Shown here: piece by piece, positions 20,055-30,111 of the stretch | Layout: each line of letters starts with the position of its first letter | Position numbering within the stretch: the first letter of the stretch is position 1 | NCBI GenBank assembly: GCA_047602405.1 | Contig: JASGHJ010000001.1 | Coordinates: forward strand, 800,001 to 864,000 | Length of the DNA: 64,000 bases | Source of the DNA: Anaeromyxobacteraceae bacterium | GTDB lineage: Bacteria; Myxococcota; Myxococcia; Myxococcales; Anaeromyxobacteraceae | Reading direction: 5' to 3' | Translations under genes and position numbers: made by a program | The notes under the pieces: model-generated | What the model saw: only the letters and a program-made list of their open reading frames with translations | Databases searched by the model: none | What the model was told of the DNA's origin: nothing

Positions 20055-20858
20055 ATGATCGAGCGCTCCTTCCGGATCGCCCCGGGCGTGGGGGCGGAGC
20101 TCGAGACGCGCCTGTGGCGCGCCGGGTTCCGGCACTGGGACGACTACCCCGCCGCGCGGCCGGAGGGGCTCGTGCCGGCGCCGGTGCACGCGCGGCTCAC
20201 GGCGGCGATCGCCCGCGGCCGCGACGCGCTCCGGATCCGCGACGCCGACGCGCTCGCGACGCTGCTCCCGCGCATCGAGCGGTGGCGCCTCTACGCCACC
20301 TTCCGCGACGAGGCGGCGTTCCTCGACATCGAGCAGGACGGGGACGCCATCACCGCGATCGGGATCCTCGACGCGCGCGGGCCGCGGATCCTGCTGGCCG
20401 GCCGCGACCTCGACACGTTCCCGGAGGTGGCCGAGGGCTGGACGTTGCTCGCGACCTACAACGGGACCTCCTTCGACGTGCCGGCGCTCCGGCACGCGTT
20501 CCCGTCCTGGCGGCCGCCGCGCGCGCACGTGGACCTGAGGCACCTGTGGAGCCGGCTCGGGCACCGGGGCGGGCTGAAGCTCCTCGAGCACGAGGCCGGG
20601 GTGGGCCGGCCGCCGGAGCTCGAGGGGCTCTCCGGCGGCGACGCCGTCCGGCTCTGGCGCGCGCACCTCGAGGGCGACCGCGAGGCCCTGCGGCTCTTCG
20701 CCGAGTACAACCTGCACGACGCGGTGAACCTCCGGACGCTGCTTGACCTCGGCTACAACCGGATGATCGAGCGGCTGCGGCTCCCGGCGCCGCCGGTGCC
20801 GGTCTCCGAGCGGGGCGACGTGCGGTACGACATGACGAAGGTCGTGATGGGGCTGTGA
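20055..20858 (+). CDS. RNase H-like 3'-5' exonuclease (YprB-like)
   Basis: FLDIE, TYNGTSFDVP, HVDLR, GGLKLLE, YNLHD. Confidence 0.85.
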   Translation: MIERSFRIAPGVGAELETRLWRAGFRHWDDYPAARPEGLVPAPVHARLTAAIARGRDALRIRDADALATLLPRIERWRLYATFRDEAAFLDIEQDGDAITAIGILDARGPRILLAGRDLDTFPEVAEGWTLLATYNGTSFDVPALRHAFPSWRPPRAHVDLRHLWSRLGHRGGLKLLEHEAGVGRPPELEGLSGGDAVRLWRAHLEGDREALRLFAEYNLHDAVNLRTLLDLGYNRMIERLRLPAPPVPVSERGDVRYDMTKVVMGL

Positions 20859-20865
20859 GTCCCGC

Positions 20866-20913
20866 CCCTCGTCTTCGGGCCCGCTTCGCGGGCCCTACGC
20901 TCGGGGCGAACGG
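20866..20913 (+). repeat. REP-like palindrome, long form
   Basis: CCCTCGTCTTCGGGCCCGCTTCGCGGGCCCTACGCTCGGGGCGAACGG just after a stop codon. Confidence 0.85.
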
Positions 20914-21004
20914 AAGTGGGCGCTCCCGACGGCCCGGACGTTTCGAAAGATGAAGCCGCCCGTCCTGCGCTGGCGCCCGCCCGGTCCTGCGTTATCGATG
21001 GGGC

Positions 21005-22042
21005 GTGTCCGGCCCCCTCCTCCGCGCCCTCGCCGCCACCCTCGCGCTCGCCATGCCCGATCCCGCCTTCGTGACCCTCCGCGACGCCGACGGTCGCTTC
21101 GTGAACCCGGACGGCGAGCCGCCGGCGGGCTTCGGCAGCGTCCTCAGGTGGAAGCTCTGGGACGGGATCACCGGCAAGAACCGCAGCGCGCCCGACCGTG
21201 CGCCGGTGCCGTTCGTGAAGGCCGACGCCGCGCGGCTCGCGACGCCGCCGGCGCCCGGCGAGCCTGCCCGGATCACCTGGCTCGGCCACGCGAGCTTCCT
21301 CGTGCAGCTCGACGGCGTCTCGCTCCTCGTCGACCCGGCGCTGCGCGAGCACATCTTCCCGCGCATCGCCCGCAACGTGCCGCCGGGGCTCGGGTTCGAG
21401 GAGCTCCCGCCCATCGACGCCGTGCTCGTCTCGCACTCGCACTACGACCACCTCGACCTCCCGACCCTCGAGCGCGTGAAGGCGCCGGTCGTGGCGGGGC
21501 TGGGCCTCGGGCGGCTCTTCGAGAAGGCGCACCTCGCGGCGACCGAGCTCGGCTGGTGGGACACGACCGAGGTGAAGGGCGTGAAGGTCACCTTCGTGCC
21601 GGCGAAGCACTGGAGCCGCCGGGGCGTCGGCGACGTGAACGAGACGCTCTGGGGAGGGTTCGTGGTCGAGGGCTCGACGGCGACCGTCTACCACTCGGGC
21701 GACACCGCCTACTTCGCGGGCTTCGGCGCCATCGGCCGGCGCTTCCCCGACATCGACGCCGCGCTCCTGCCCATCGGCGCGTACGACCCCCGCTGGTTCA
21801 TGAAGAAGCAGCACATGAACCCCGAGGATGCGCTGCAGGCCTTCGGCGACCTCGGCGCCCGCACCTTCGTCGCCATGCACTGGGGCACCTTCAAGCTCAC
21901 CGACGAGCCGCTGGACGAACCGCCCGTCCGCCTGGACGCGGAGCGGGTCCGGCTCGGGCTCCCGGCCGGGCGCGTCCGGGTGCCGGCGGTCGGCGAGACG
22001 CTGGAGGTGGCCCGGAGCGCCCCTCCCGCCCCCGGCCGCTGA
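21005..22042 (+). CDS. MBL-fold metallohydrolase (NAPE-PLD/RomA-like)
   Basis: TWLGHAS, SHSHYDHLD, HWSRR, GDTAY, PIGAY, HWGTF. Confidence 0.9.
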   Translation: MSGPLLRALAATLALAMPDPAFVTLRDADGRFVNPDGEPPAGFGSVLRWKLWDGITGKNRSAPDRAPVPFVKADAARLATPPAPGEPARITWLGHASFLVQLDGVSLLVDPALREHIFPRIARNVPPGLGFEELPPIDAVLVSHSHYDHLDLPTLERVKAPVVAGLGLGRLFEKAHLAATELGWWDTTEVKGVKVTFVPAKHWSRRGVGDVNETLWGGFVVEGSTATVYHSGDTAYFAGFGAIGRRFPDIDAALLPIGAYDPRWFMKKQHMNPEDALQAFGDLGARTFVAMHWGTFKLTDEPLDEPPVRLDAERVRLGLPAGRVRVPAVGETLEVARSAPPAPGR

Positions 22043-22147
22043 TCCGGATCATTTACCGCACCCCCGCCCGCGCGACACCGGCTCCGGGGGTCCCCGACCC
22101 CGTTCCAAGGCGGCGCGGCAGCGGGTATCTTCCCGGCAGGTCGTCCG

Positions 22148-22837
22148 ATGTTCACTCGCTCCAGCGCATCCCTCGTCCTCGCGGGCGCCCTCACGCTCGC
22201 CGGCTGCGATCCGTGGGTCGTCGGCGACGGCGTCTACCACGAGGAGACCCGCTCGCTCCCCGCCTTCGTGGGCGTCTCGGTGCAGGACGGCCTCGACGTC
22301 GAGGTGACCGCCTCGGCATCGTCACAGACGGTGAAGGTGAGCGGCGACGAGAACGTCGTCCCGCACGTCAAGACCGAGGTCGTGAACGAGGCCGGGCTGG
22401 GCCAGACGCTCCAGGTGAAGACGGACGTCGCGCACCTCGACTCCACCCACCCGCTGCGCATCGCCGTCGGGGTGCCGGTGCTCTCGCACGTGCGCGCCGT
22501 GGAGGCCGCGAGCGTCGAGGTGACCCAGGCCGCCGCGCAGTCCTTCGACGTGCACGCGGGCGACGGCGCCGAGGTCCACCTCGCCGGCGCGGGCGGCAAG
22601 CACCTCGCGGCGACGCTGTGGGGCGGCGCGAAGGGCGGCGCGACGCTGCACGCGTACGGCTACGTGGTGTCGGTCGACGCCACGGTCGACCTGGTCGACG
22701 GCGCGGTCGCCGAGCTGCACGCGGACGGCCCGGTCTCCGGCACCGTGAAGTCGGGCGCGGTGCTTGAGAACGCGGGCGACGGGCTCTGCACCGCCGTGAC
22801 GGCGAGCGGCGGCGGCACCGTGAGCTGCCATCCCTGA
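22148..22837 (+). CDS. GIN/DUF2807-like lipoprotein
   Basis: Lipobox LAGC; GDG...ETRSLPAF..V, GDENVVPHV and beta-helix-like repeats. Confidence 0.7.
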   Translation: MFTRSSASLVLAGALTLAGCDPWVVGDGVYHEETRSLPAFVGVSVQDGLDVEVTASASSQTVKVSGDENVVPHVKTEVVNEAGLGQTLQVKTDVAHLDSTHPLRIAVGVPVLSHVRAVEAASVEVTQAAAQSFDVHAGDGAEVHLAGAGGKHLAATLWGGAKGGATLHAYGYVVSVDATVDLVDGAVAELHADGPVSGTVKSGAVLENAGDGLCTAVTASGGGTVSCHP

Positions 22838-22996
22838 GCCGGTCCTGACCCGGACCCCCTGGGGCGTCGGTCACCCGATCGTGCCGTTCGCTCCCACCCC
22901 TCCCCACAGCCGCTGAAACCCTGGATATCGGGCCGATCGGGCGCTTCCACGCAGCACCCGCCGTTCGGGTACGTCCCGTGCAAATCGCCCACGGGC

Positions 22997-25231
22997 ATGA
23001 CCGCCCTGCGGACCCTGCGGACCCAGCTCATCACGACCTTCGCCGTCCTCGCGCTCCTCGTCGGGGGCCTCGCCCTCGCCGGCGCGCCGCCGTTCGTCCT
23101 CGCCCTGTCCGCGCTCGTCGCGGGCGGCGTCGCCGTCGCGATCTCGATGCGCTTCCTGTCCGGCGCGGTCGCGGAGGCCGCGACGACGAGCGCACGCCGC
23201 GACGCCGAGGCGAAGCAGCTCGCGGAGCAGGGCGACTGGTACCGGGGCATCGTCGACGCGGTGCCGTTTCCGATCCACGTCACCGACGCGGACATGAAGT
23301 GGACCTTCATGAACACGGCGTTCGAGAAGCTCATGATCCAGGAGAAGCGGGTCGTGAACCGGGCGAAGGCCGTCGGCATGGACTGCTCGAACGCGAACGC
23401 GAACATCTGCAACACCGACGGCTGCGGCATCCGCCAGCACAGGAAGGGCGTGAAGGAGAGCTACTTCGACTGGTGCGGGATGAAGTGCAAGCAGGACACG
23501 GCCGAGCTCAAGGACAAGGCCGGCAAGGTCATCGGCTACGTCGAGACCGTGACCGACCTCACCGCCATCACGAAGCTCAAGGACGAGGCCGCCGACCGCG
23601 CCGCCTGGTACGAGGCGATCCTCGACGCCGTCCCGTTCCCGATCCACGTCACCGACGACGACATGAAGTGGACCTTCATGAACCGGTCGTTCGAGAAGCT
23701 CATGATCCAGGAGAAGCGGGTCGTGGACCGGCGCCAGGCCGTCGGCATGGCGTGCTCGAACGCGTCGGCCAACATCTGCAACACCGACAAGTGCGGCATC
23801 GCCCAGCTGAAGCAGGGCAAGGCGGAGAGCTACTTCGACTGGTGCGGGATGCACTGCAAGCAGGACACCGCGCCGCTCCTCGACCGCAACGGCAAGCGCG
23901 TCGGCTTCGTCGAGACCGTCACCGACCTCACCGCGCTCATCCGCACGCGCAACTACTCCCAGGTCGAGGTGGAGCGGCTCGCCGCGAACCTCGCGAAGCT
24001 GGCGAAGGGCGACCTCGCGGTCGACCTCGAGGTCGGGAAGGCCGACCAGCACACCGAGCAGGCCGCGCAGGACTTCCGGAAGATCGGCGCGCAGCTCACG
24101 CAGGTGACGCACGCGGTGCAGGCGCTCGTGGGCGACGCGAAGATGCTGGCGGGCGCCGCGGTCGAGGGCCGGCTCGCGACCCGCGCCGAGGCCGCGAAGC
24201 ACCAGGGCGCCTACCGCGACGTGGTCGACGGCGTGAACCGCACGCTCGACACGGTCATCGCCCCTGTGAAGGAGGCGACCGGCGTCCTCGAGCGCATCGC
24301 GAAGCGCGACCTGCGCGCCCGCGTCACCGGCGACTTCCAGGGCGACCACTCGAGCCTCAAGGAGGCCGTGAACTCCTCCGCCAACGCGCTCAACGAGGCG
24401 CTCGCGCAGGTCGCGATCGCCGTCGAGCAGGTGAACGGCGCCGCCACCCAGATCGCCGCCTCCTCGCAGGCGGTGGCCGCGGGCGCCTCCGAGCAGGCCG
24501 CGTCGCTGCAGCAGACCACCGCCTCGGTCGAGACGGTCTCGTCCATGACCCAGCGCTCCGCCGAGAACGCGCAGCAGGCGGCCGTGCTCGCCACCTCCGC
24601 GCGCCACGCCGCGACCGAGGGCGCCGAGGCCGTGAAGCAGCTCGACGAGGCGATGGTGAAGATCAAGGCCTCCGCCGAGGGCACCTCGCAGATCATCAAG
24701 GACGTCTCGGACATCGCGTTCCAGACGAACCTGCTCGCGCTCAACGCGGCCGTCGAGGCCGCCCGCGCGGGCGACGCCGGCCGCGGCTTCGCGGTCGTCG
24801 CCGAGGAGGTCCGGTCGCTCGCGCAGCGCGCGAAGGAGGCCGCCCAGAAGACCGAGGACCTCATCCGCCAGTCGGTGAAGCAGGCCGGCGAGGGCGAGGC
24901 CGCCGCGGTGCAGGTCGCCGGGCAGCTCCGCCAGATCCAGACCGGCATCGGCAAGGTCACCGACATCGTCCAGGAGATCGCGGGCGCCGCGAAGGAGCAG
25001 ACCCAGGGCATCGACCAGGTCAACTCCGCGGTCACGCAGATGGACAAGGTCACGCAGCAGAACGCCGCCTCCGCCGAGGAGTCCTCCTCCGCGGCGAGCG
25101 AGCTCAGCGGCCAGGCCGAGGAGCTCGCGTCGATGGTGGCGACGTTCCAGCTCGAGCGGCAGCAGGGCGGCGGCTTCGTGCCGGCCGGCCTGCCCGCCGC
25201 GCGCCGGCGGCTGCCGAGCCACATGAGCTGA
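22997..25231 (+). CDS. Methyl-accepting chemotaxis protein with two Cys-rich PAS repeats and HAMP domains
   Basis: [35 protein letters not shown]-terminal TM hairpin; 123-aa duplicated PAS-like unit. Confidence 0.95.
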   Translation: MTALRTLRTQLITTFAVLALLVGGLALAGAPPFVLALSALVAGGVAVAISMRFLSGAVAEAATTSARRDAEAKQLAEQGDWYRGIVDAVPFPIHVTDADMKWTFMNTAFEKLMIQEKRVVNRAKAVGMDCSNANANICNTDGCGIRQHRKGVKESYFDWCGMKCKQDTAELKDKAGKVIGYVETVTDLTAITKLKDEAADRAAWYEAILDAVPFPIHVTDDDMKWTFMNRSFEKLMIQEKRVVDRRQAVGMACSNASANICNTDKCGIAQLKQGKAESYFDWCGMHCKQDTAPLLDRNGKRVGFVETVTDLTALIRTRNYSQVEVERLAANLAKLAKGDLAVDLEVGKADQHTEQAAQDFRKIGAQLTQVTHAVQALVGDAKMLAGAAVEGRLATRAEAAKHQGAYRDVVDGVNRTLDTVIAPVKEATGVLERIAKRDLRARVTGDFQGDHSSLKEAVNSSANALNEALAQVAIAVEQVNGAATQIAASSQAVAAGASEQAASLQQTTASVETVSSMTQRSAENAQQAAVLATSARHAATEGAEAVKQLDEAMVKIKASAEGTSQIIKDVSDIAFQTNLLALNAAVEAARAGDAGRGFAVVAEEVRSLAQRAKEAAQKTEDLIRQSVKQAGEGEAAAVQVAGQLRQIQTGIGKVTDIVQEIAGAAKEQTQGIDQVNSAVTQMDKVTQQNAASAEESSSAASELSGQAEELASMVATFQLERQQGGGFVPAGLPAARRRLPSHMS

Positions 25232-25237
25232 GCGCGT

Positions 25238-25277
25238 CCCTCGTCTCCGCGGCGGCTCCGCCGCCGCCGCGGTCGGG
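25238..25277. terminator. GC hairpin between convergent genes, possibly a degenerate REP
   Basis: CCGCGGCGGC...GCCGCCGCGG stem preceded by the REP-like CCCTCGTCT. Confidence 0.45.
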
Positions 25278-25279
25278 TC

Positions 25280-26521
25280 CTACGGGCTCGCGGAGCCGGC
25301 CCGCTCCGCCGGGAGGCGCACCGTGAAGACGGCGCCGCTCCCCGGCGGGCTCGCGGCGGTGATCGTCCCGCCGTGGGCGGTGACGATGTCGCGGCAGATC
25401 GCGAGCCCGAGGCCCGTCCCGACGCCGGCGGGCTTCGTCGTGAAGAACGGCTCGAAGAGGCGCTCGAGGTGCTCGGGGCTGATGCCGCTCCCGCTGTCCG
25501 CGACGGAGAGCTCCACCCAGCCGTCCGCCGCGCGCGCCGTGAGCCGGATGGTCTGGGCCGCCGCCGGCTTCCCCTCGGGGATCGCCTGCGCGGCGTTCAC
25601 GACCAGGTTGACGAACACCTGCACGAGCCGCGGGCCGCTCGCGCGCACCGGCGGGACCTCGGCGTAGTCCTTCACGATGGTGGCCCTGCGCCGCGTCTCC
25701 GGGCCCGCGACCGCCACGGCCTGGTCGAGGATGCTCCGCGGGTCCACGGCCCGCCGCTCGCCCGGGTCGGCGCGGGAGAACGCCCTCAGGTCGTTCGCGA
25801 TGCTCCGGACCCGGCCGGCGCCCTCGGTCGCGTCCGTGATCGCCTGGCGCGCCTCGGCGACGAACGCGCGCACCGCGTCGGCCGGCGCGCGCCCCTCCGC
25901 GACGGAGGCCTCGAGCCCGCCGAGGTCCTCGGCGAGCAGCTCCAGGTTCGTGAGCACGTAGGTCAGCGGGTTGTTGATCTCGTGCGCGACGCCCGCCGCG
26001 AGCGTGCCGAGCGCGATCATGCGGTCCGCGGTGGAGACCCGGGCGAGGAGCTGCTCGCGCTCGGTGACGTCGCGCGCCACCACCACCGCGTGGTCCGCGC
26101 CGTCGACGTGCCGGGCCGCGAGCGTCACCTCCGCCGGGAAGGTCGTCCCGTCCGCGCGGGCCATGCGCACCTGCAGGCTCACGGGGTCGCCGTCCGGGCG
26201 CAGCCGCGCGAGCGCCTCGGCGACCGCGGCGTGGCCAGGCCGGGTGAAGGCCGCGCGCAGCCCCGCCGCGAGCACCGCCTCGCGCGGCGCCCCGAGCTGC
26301 CTGCACGCGGAGGCGTTCACGTCGACGAGCGCACCACCGCGCAGCGCGACGAGGAAGATGCCCTCGGAGCCGCCGTCGAGCAGCGCCCGGAACCGCTGCA
26401 GCTCGGCGAGCCGCTCCTGCAGCGCGGGGTAGTAGCTCTTGCGGGCGGAGCGCTCCCCGAGGCCGGCGAGGTGCCGGCGCACCTCCTCGCGCGCGGCGGG
26501 ATCGTCAAAACGCCGCTTCAA
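25280..26521 (-). CDS. PAS histidine kinase with ErcS-like N-terminus
   Basis: GLGERSARKSYYPALQERLAEL leader, PAS, AHEINNPL, FFTTKPAGVGTGLGL; overlaps the ADH stop. Confidence 0.88.
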   Translation of the reverse strand: MKRRFDDPAAREEVRRHLAGLGERSARKSYYPALQERLAELQRFRALLDGGSEGIFLVALRGGALVDVNASACRQLGAPREAVLAAGLRAAFTRPGHAAVAEALARLRPDGDPVSLQVRMARADGTTFPAEVTLAARHVDGADHAVVVARDVTEREQLLARVSTADRMIALGTLAAGVAHEINNPLTYVLTNLELLAEDLGGLEASVAEGRAPADAVRAFVAEARQAITDATEGAGRVRSIANDLRAFSRADPGERRAVDPRSILDQAVAVAGPETRRRATIVKDYAEVPPVRASGPRLVQVFVNLVVNAAQAIPEGKPAAAQTIRLTARAADGWVELSVADSGSGISPEHLERLFEPFFTTKPAGVGTGLGLAICRDIVTAHGGTITAASPPGSGAVFTVRLPAERAGSASP

Positions 26522-27665
26522 GCAGGGCCTCCAGCTCGCCGGGCGCCGGGCAGCGCGGGTTGGTGGCCATGCAGGGGTCCTCGAGCGCGGTCGCGGCGAG
26601 GGCCGGGAGCGAGGCCCGCCCGACCCCGAGCGCGCCGAGGCCGCGGGCCGTGCCCAGGCGGGCGAGGAACTCCGCGAGCGCCCCGGCGACCCGCTCGCCG
26701 AGCTCGGCCTCGGGGCAGCCCGCGAGGTCGAGCCCGAGCGCGACGCCGAGCTGCCGGGTGGGCCCGGGGGCGGCCGCGGCGTTGTAGCGGACCACGTGCG
26801 GGAGGAGGACCGCGTTGTACTCGCCGTGAACGCCGTCCCAGCGCCCGCCGAGGGCGTGCGCGAGCGCGTGTCCGGCGCCGAGGCTCGCGTTCGAGAAGGC
26901 GAGGCCTGCGAGCAGGCTCGCCTCCATCGTGGCGCTGCGCTCCTCGAGCTCGCCCGGGCGCTCGAGGGCGCGCGGGAGGTGCGTCGCCGAGAGGCGGATC
27001 GCCTGCTCGGCGAAGGTGGTGGTGAGGGGCGAGGCCCCGGTGGAGAAGAGCGCCTCCACGGCGTGCGAGAGCGCGTCGACCCCGGACGCGAAGGTGAGGG
27101 CCGCCGGCTGCGTGAGGAGCGGCACGGGATCGAGGAGGGAGACGTCCGGCACGAGCGCCTTCGAGACGAGCGGCAGCTTCGTCCGGGTGCGCTCGTCGTT
27201 GATGATGGCGAACTGCGAGACGTCGGCGGCGCTGCCGGCGGTGGTCGGCACGCACACGAGCGGGGGGATGGGGCACTCGAGCTGGTCGAACCCCTCGAAG
27301 GAGAGCACGTCGCCGCCGTTGGAGGCGACGATGCCGATCCCCTTCGCGCAGTCGATGACGCTCCCGCCGCCGACCGCCACGATCACGTTGCAGCCGTCCG
27401 CCGCGTAGCGAGCGGCGCCCGCCTCGGACTGGGAGGCGCGCGGGTTGGGCGAGACCCCGTCGAAGCGCGCGCGCTCGAGCCCCGCCTCGGCGAGCGAGCG
27501 CTCGACCTCGTCGGCCCACCCCGCGGCCTCGACGCCGGGGTCGGTGACGAGGAGCACCCGGCGCGCGCCGAGGTTCGCGGCGGTCCGGCCGGTGAGGCGC
27601 AGCGCGCCCTCCCCGGAGAGGATCTCGGGGGCGACGAACCGGGAGAGGGTCTGCGAGGCGGTCAT
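26505..27665 (-). CDS. ercA: Iron-containing alcohol dehydrogenase-like protein (ErcA-like)
   Basis: FVAPEI, GGGSVIDCAK, PTTAGSAADVSQF, DALSHAVE, HALAH, HGE. Confidence 0.8.
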   Translation of the reverse strand: MTASQTLSRFVAPEILSGEGALRLTGRTAANLGARRVLLVTDPGVEAAGWADEVERSLAEAGLERARFDGVSPNPRASQSEAGAARYAADGCNVIVAVGGGSVIDCAKGIGIVASNGGDVLSFEGFDQLECPIPPLVCVPTTAGSAADVSQFAIINDERTRTKLPLVSKALVPDVSLLDPVPLLTQPAALTFASGVDALSHAVEALFSTGASPLTTTFAEQAIRLSATHLPRALERPGELEERSATMEASLLAGLAFSNASLGAGHALAHALGGRWDGVHGEYNAVLLPHVVRYNAAAAPGPTRQLGVALGLDLAGCPEAELGERVAGALAEFLARLGTARGLGALGVGRASLPALAATALEDPCMATNPRCPAPGELEALLEAAF

Positions 27666-27827
27666 GCGCTCGGCAGCGGCGGGCCACACCGAGTCTAGCG
27701 CGCCCGTCACGTGCCGGACACGGGCTTCCGGTGAAAGACCGGCCTCGACTCCCGGTCCGGATCCGGGCCCCGGCACGCCTCCGCGCAGGCGGGCAAGTCC
27801 GCGGGCCCACCGCTAGAATTCCGGTCC

Positions 27828-28532
27828 ATGTCGACCTCGTCCACCACCGACCCGCGGACGCTCCCCGAGCCCCCGGACCTCGGGCTCGTGCTGTTCGCGA
27901 TGATCGCCCGGCCGCGAATCGCGGCGGGGAACGCGCTCGTGGTCGAGGAGGCCGCCGGGGCCCCGCAGCTCTCGTTCGCGACGTTCCGGGCCGACGGCGA
28001 CGTGGTCGCGCTGCTCGGCCCGGTGGGCGCGGGAGAGGTCGGCGGCTCCGAGTACCTGGCGCTCCTCGCGGACGGGCTCGCCCAGGAGGGCGAGGCGGCG
28101 GGCGGCCTCGGCGAGAAGCCCGCGGCGGATCCGGCGCGGGAGAAGGCCGTGCAGCTCGCGGTGCACCGTGCGGTCGGAGACGGGCTGCTCTCGTCGGCGC
28201 ACGCGTGCTCGGCGGGCGGGCTCGGCGTCGCGCTCGCGGCGTGCGCGACGGAGCGGGGTGCGGCGCTGCGGATCCCGTTCGTGGCGCGCAAGGACCACGT
28301 GCTCTTCGGCGAGGAGCCGGGCCGCATCCTGGTGTCGTTCCCGCGCGCGAACCTCGACCGGGTGGGCCTCGTCGCCAAGCTCGCGGGCGTGCCGCTCGTG
28401 GTGCTAGGCGCCGTGGGCGGCCCCGCGCTCGAGATCCAGAGCGCACTGTCGGTCCAGGTGGCGGAGCTGGCGGAGGCCTGGCGCGAGGCCGTCCGTCGGA
28501 GGGATGTGGGAGACGCTGCGCAGCCGGGTTGA
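27828..28532 (+). CDS. Stand-alone PurL (AIR synthase-like) C-terminal domain
   Basis: GGSEYLA, SAHACSAGGLGVALA and LFGEEPGRILVS resemble PurL C-terminal motifs. Confidence 0.7.
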   Translation: MSTSSTTDPRTLPEPPDLGLVLFAMIARPRIAAGNALVVEEAAGAPQLSFATFRADGDVVALLGPVGAGEVGGSEYLALLADGLAQEGEAAGGLGEKPAADPAREKAVQLAVHRAVGDGLLSSAHACSAGGLGVALAACATERGAALRIPFVARKDHVLFGEEPGRILVSFPRANLDRVGLVAKLAGVPLVVLGAVGGPALEIQSALSVQVAELAEAWREAVRRRDVGDAAQPG

Positions 28533-28564
28533 CCCGCGGGGAACGGTGATAAGCTCCCCGGGGC

Positions 28565-30079
28565 GTGACGCCCGTCGAGCTCTCATGCACCTTCGGCCGT
28601 GCCACCGGTGAGCGGCTGCTCGCCGTGGAGCGGCTCGTGCTCGCGCTCCCCCACCTGTTCAAGGGCCACCTCCTCGAGGTGGACCTCGCGTACCGCGCGC
28701 CGGTGCGGTTCCTCGTGCTCGTCGCGCGCTTCGCGTCCCTGAACGGCCTCGTGCCGCCCTCGACGCGCGACCGGCTCTCCTTCTGGGCGGCCCGCGCCGG
28801 CGGGCGGACCATCGTCATGTCGGCGATGGACGCGGCGGAGGCCGAGGCGTTCCGCACGAACCGCGACGCCTGCGAGTTCCGCGCGGACCACGTGCTGCCC
28901 GGCGCGCTCTTCGAGGTCTCCGACAAGCTCTTCGAGGACGCCGGGGCGCCGAAGGACCGCAAGCGCAGCGTCGTCGAGGTGCCGCGCCTGGCGATGGACG
29001 CGACCGGCCCGGGCTGGAACGCGCTCACCTACACGCCCGACGCGCACGAGCTGTTCATGGCGGCGCCGCTCTCGCCGCCGGTCGGGGACGTGCTGAACCT
29101 CTCCGTCCGCGTGCCCGGCGCGGACCTGCCGCTCGCCGGCACCGCCACCGTGCTCGCGGTGCGCAAGCCCGAGGAGGCGACGCCCGGCCACCCCGCCGGC
29201 TTCGCGATGCAGGTCGCCGGGCAGGGCACCGCGCTGCACGACGCGCTCGCCTCCTACGCCGCGCCGCGGCCCGGCGACGAGGCGCGCGTGGCGCCGCGGT
29301 TCACGATCCACGCGCCGGTCGAGATCGTCACCGACGACCTGGACGATCCCCTGCCGGTGCCGGTGGACCCGGAGGACCGGGCGCCGCGCGGCGCGGCCCC
29401 GGGCGCGGGTCACGGCCACGAGGAGGCCACCATCGCGTACGCGACGGAGCAGGACCTCCACCAGGACTTCCTCGAGAACCTCTCGCACGGCGGCGCGTTC
29501 GTGCGGCGGAAGCTCCCGCCGCCGGTGGGCACGCCGGTGCGGCTCAAGCTCGCGCTCCCGAGCGGCCTCGACCTCGACGCGCGCGCGGTCGTCGCGTTCG
29601 TGAAGCCCGGCGGCATGGGCCTCAAGTTCGACCTCGACGCCGAGACCCAGGAGCTGCTCTCCGGCGCCATCGCGCAGATCTCCGGCCGCCCGCGCCGCGC
29701 GCTCGTCGTCGACGACGACCTCCTCATCTGCCACATGATCTCGGACGCCCTGATGGAGAAGGGCTACGAGGTCCTCACCGCGGCCGACGGCAACGACGGC
29801 CTGCGGGTGGTGTCGGAGGAGCTGCTCGCGCTCGATCTGCTCGTGACCGACGTCCTCATGCCCGGCATGGACGGCGTCGAGTTCGTTCGCACGATCCGCA
29901 AGGCCGGCGGCGAGTCGGACCTCGTGATCGTCGCGATCACCGGGCGGTTCGACGCCACGACCGAGGCGAAGCTCGAGGCCGCCGGCGCAGACGCCGTGCT
30001 CGACAAGGGCCTCGGCGCGGAGCTCGTCGCGAAGGCGGCCGACGCGGTCCTCGACCGCAAGCGCAAGGGCGTCGGGTAG
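28565..30079 (+). CDS. Myxobacterial PilZ-domain protein with C-terminal receiver domain
   Basis: RVAPRF, ENLSHGGAFV, GMGLKF; ALVVDDD...DVLMPGMDG. Confidence 0.8.
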   Translation: MTPVELSCTFGRATGERLLAVERLVLALPHLFKGHLLEVDLAYRAPVRFLVLVARFASLNGLVPPSTRDRLSFWAARAGGRTIVMSAMDAAEAEAFRTNRDACEFRADHVLPGALFEVSDKLFEDAGAPKDRKRSVVEVPRLAMDATGPGWNALTYTPDAHELFMAAPLSPPVGDVLNLSVRVPGADLPLAGTATVLAVRKPEEATPGHPAGFAMQVAGQGTALHDALASYAAPRPGDEARVAPRFTIHAPVEIVTDDLDDPLPVPVDPEDRAPRGAAPGAGHGHEEATIAYATEQDLHQDFLENLSHGGAFVRRKLPPPVGTPVRLKLALPSGLDLDARAVVAFVKPGGMGLKFDLDAETQELLSGAIAQISGRPRRALVVDDDLLICHMISDALMEKGYEVLTAADGNDGLRVVSEELLALDLLVTDVLMPGMDGVEFVRTIRKAGGESDLVIVAITGRFDATTEAKLEAAGADAVLDKGLGAELVAKAADAVLDRKRKGVG

Positions 30080-30111
30080 CGCGGGCGGACCGCCCTCGAG
30101 GAGCCCCGCGG

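Noticed and set aside
15054..20858. Helicase + TA + exonuclease as an anti-phage defence island
   Set aside because: Host-like codon usage, mixed orientation, separate promoters and common housekeeping-type families
22967..22982. GG-N10-GC upstream of the MCP, and a GA-N10-GC near-match at about 32141-32156
   Set aside because: Weak match to the sigma54 consensus; GG-N10-GC arises often by chance at this GC content
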